From Selaginella moellendorffii (taxonomy: Eukaryota > Plantae > Lycopodiophyta), in contig NW_003314335.1 of the NCBI RefSeq assembly GCF_000143415.4, positions 588,113 through 652,112 on the forward strand: a stretch of DNA of 64,000 nt, read 5' to 3'. Numbering within the stretch: the first letter of the stretch is position 1; the number at the start of each line of letters is the position of its first letter. Under the pieces are notes generated by a model. It was not told the DNA's origin and searched no databases. It saw only the letters and a list, made by a program, of their open reading frames with translations. Made by a program: the position numbers and the translations under genes. Below, one piece after another: positions 60,901 through 64,000 of the stretch.

Positions 60901-63267
60901 ACGCTGTGTACTCTTTTCCGGGAGATTCAGAGGAATGGTGTTCTTGGTTGACACCAGTATCAGTTTCGTTAACCTTTGGATTCTTCCCATCAAAGCTGCT
61001 TTTGCCTGTTCCTCTTCTTCGAGCCGAGATTGCATTTTCAAATGCCCGGCCTCCAGCTTCATGCAAAAGATAAATGAACGAGTTCTCTAGCCAAGAAAAG
61101 GACTTACTTGTTGGCGCAAAGTTAGAAGATCGTCATGGTTCGAAACTACAAATGGTCGTTCAAATAGTCCTCTTCTTAATTGCTCCAGTTCCTGCTTCAA
61201 ATGTGTGATTTCCTTTTGATACTTCTTTATCAGAGATTTTTCATCCAATATCTGCAAAGAAATGGTTAATCTTCTGCATTAAACGTGCATTGCAGAATAT
61301 TTAATACCCGGTTTGGAGCCGCATGCAACTCCACTCTCTTCGCTCTCTGAGCAAACTTCAAGGTGTTATGGGTTTCTTCGGTACTACTCGAAGCAGGAGT
61401 AATAGTGCATATGAGCTGCAGTAGGACGTACAATGAGTGAATGACCAGAACGATTCTTACATTACCGAAATACGACCATGTCCGCTCAAAGAAGATTGCA
61501 ATAGACGCGTAAGCTTAGAGTCACGATAAGGTATGTGAGATGCCTTGCCATCACTAAGTTTTGAAATAACCTGAAAAGCAAGAGAATTTCTATTATGTTT
61601 TTCTTGAAAAGATGCAGCATACCGTGCCGAGGGTCAACAAGCTCTTATTGATATAGGATCCTTCTTTACGTCGTAAACCAGTTGTTTCCGTTTTGGAACT
61701 CTCAGACCCCGCAAGATCAATAAGGTTCTACAGCAGAACTATACTTTTAAGACAAGATCCATTACACAGCTAGGACTTACCAGTTGAGAGAGAGTTATCT
61801 CGTCGTCACTAAAATCTTCACCCCGGCAACTGCTTTCAATAGTCTACGAAAACAAATGTCACGACAAACGTTCAAATCTCAAACTCACATACCAGAGTGA
61901 ATATTGTGTGACTTCGACTGCTGAACAAATTGAAGTTATTTGATCCAACATGTCGATGTTCTAAATAGGTAGTTAGAGAACTGTTTATTCTCACAAACAA
62001 AATCTACCTTCACCAGCAGCAATCAGAGACAAAGCATGAGCAGGTGATAGGACAACCTCTTCCTTGATACCCTCGACATAAGTTCCCTTTCAGCACAAAT
62101 AGAACATCAAGGTAAGGTTAGTCATAATAATCTCGCAGTAGTACCTGAGCATCTTCTCTGACTCGTAAATTTTGTCCTGCCGGATCCAGCAAGTCGTTGA
62201 TCACCTACAAAACATGGACATTTAGTCAAGCTTGACAGAAACGCTACGTACCTCATTGTAAATCTCAAGATAAGATACGCGCAGAAGGAACTCCCGTCCC
62301 GGAGTCTACAGGTAGATCTTTAAGGAACCAAACTCATTGCAGAATCGAAACTTACATACATCCTGGATAATGCTGAAGACGTCCTTCACCGCCAAAGGTA
62401 TGATGCCAGGGCTTTTCTGATCACCCTGATCAAAAGAACGGCTTATAAATTCCGGAAACAGCCAGTCTGGATGCTTACATGCATGGTGTGAGTCTTGCCA
62501 CTGCTGGTAACACCATAGGCGAATACTGTTCCTGTAGAAACAAATTCACGTAAGAACAAAAATCTGATAAAGCAGGAGCTCTTCACCACAAACCATTTAC
62601 ACCCTGCATAGCAGCTGCCACAACATGTTGCGCGGCGATGTCGTAAACGCCTCTCGTCGTTGTAGCGGGGCCGAAAACTCGATCTATCAAAACAAGAAAA
62701 AAAACAAAGAATGAATTCATAGTCTTGGATAAAGGAAAACTAACCAAAAGCGTAGAATGTAGCCAGATTGTATTCGCTCCTTACAGTCGTGTCACCATCG
62801 GCATACCAGGCAACTTCATCACCCTTTTGGATTTCTCTAGAACTGAGACAAATAAAAACAAAAGGACTTGAATCAATGCATGAAACTTTCGATCGATCTT
62901 ACCTCAATGGCCGAAAGCGAACGGTCACGGAGATGCTCTCCTTGGCCCTGTTGATAAACTCCACTCTATCAAACATTGACGAGGAAGAAGAAGGCGTGAA
63001 AGGACTGGAACCCCCATTGAAGGAAGAGTACTTCATCGATGGAGGGGTCATGAGAGCCTGGCTGCTACTCCTGGATCTAGTCGGCGTGAGAGACCTGTGG
63101 CTACCACCGCCGCCACCACCGAGAGAGGCTCTACCAGTCGACGACGGCGAAGAAATGGAGGACGGCGAGGCGGGCTGGAATCCAGGGATTCTACCATTCA
63201 CTGACGACGGCCTTCTAAATCTAAACGGGGAGCTAGATCTTCTCGACGATGCCGAAGTAGAAGCCAT
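57992..63267 (-). CDS. Kinesin-7 (CENP-E-like) with C-terminal RING finger, KIN7D/KIN7M-like
   Basis: [49 protein letters not shown]; coiled coils; C-terminal CKICFE..PCRH..CKPC..CPLCR. Confidence 0.94.
58103..58416. repeat. GA-rich degenerate tandem repeats in last kinesin intron
   Basis: Repeated gagaactaagacgatct-like units. Confidence 0.7.
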
Positions 63268-64000
63268 CTATCTTTCCCTCTCGCGGCCGGATTATCCCCA
63301 CCCAATGCGCGACAAGCCTGATCCACAAATCGAGGCATCGATCAGACACAAGCACGGATCGCCTGGAAGAAATGCTGGCATTCGCTCACCTCACCAGCGC
63401 ACCGAGAAAAACCATGTCCTAGCCCTGAGAGAACAACGCCACGGATCGAACGGCAGCGCCTGACAGGCGTCAGTCGCCATGTGTGGATCGCGGTGGCGGC
63501 GCGCGAGCGAGCGCGAGCAGATCGATCGGCCCTAAGCTACACGGGGGCGGCGGTGGCGGTGACGGCGGCAGCCTGGCGGCGGCGGCAAATCTCCTCTCCC
63601 TCCGCCTAGCTCGCGCTTTTAGTGTTTTTGTAAATGACCTCGCCAGGGCCTAATCCGACGGCTCACAGCCCCCCAAATTCAAATCGTTTAGGGGTCTCCA
63701 TCCAACGGCTGTAAGCGCGTGCGCCGGCCGGGCCGGTGGCGCCACCGACAGCAGCCGGTCGGCATGGAACTCCTTTCCCGCCACCATCAAGACCAAGATT
63801 GGCATATTCCCCGCTGCCAAGAGTAGAATCTTCACATGATGTCCATGTTGATTTTTATGTTGTATTTGCTCCAAGACATGCGCTCCAAGCGAATTAGTTG
63901 GCATTCTTTTTGTTGGCATGCAAATGAATGCCACCTGAATCAAAGCCAGTCAATTATTTCACTGTTGCTTTAGTTGGTTTCCTTTGGCTTTTTCTTCCTC

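Noticed and set aside
63650-63943. 97-aa ORF upstream of kinesin
   Set aside because: No recognisable motif; likely promoter/intergenic sequence at the window edge.

Overview
Eukaryotic plant DNA, most likely a lycophyte such as Selaginella (inferred from ~45-60 bp introns, very tight gene spacing and the PLS-PPR style). Bases 1-38.4 kb are a nested transposon cluster; 40.9-63.3 kb is a dense block of ordinary genes (UPF0114, FANCE-like remnant, PPR, plastid IF3, shugoshin, CAF1, SURP/SRI-like, CAX, UMP-CMP kinase, RING kinesin-7). The centrepiece is a 19 kb DNA transposon (15065-34087; ~13.4 kb without a nested chromovirus) with 24-bp TIRs and a 4-bp TSD (TTGA), confirmed against an empty site in the same window. 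It encodes an intact Sola1-like DDD transposase and a divergently transcribed 11-exon cargo gene of ~1640 aa (ParB-like + degenerate amino-methyltransferase-like + acidic/Pro-rich + FCP1/NIF HAD phosphatase). About 26 copies of a 22-bp palindrome ATGGCRTG-N6-CAYGCCAT are spread through it, many in introns and promoters. A truncated second copy lies at 1117-4879. Also present: a 5S-rRNA-carrying Cassandra TRIM, a young self-priming chromovirus, and non-coding LARD-like LTR elements, one with mismatched flanks. All coordinates and domain calls were made by eye; no searches were run.
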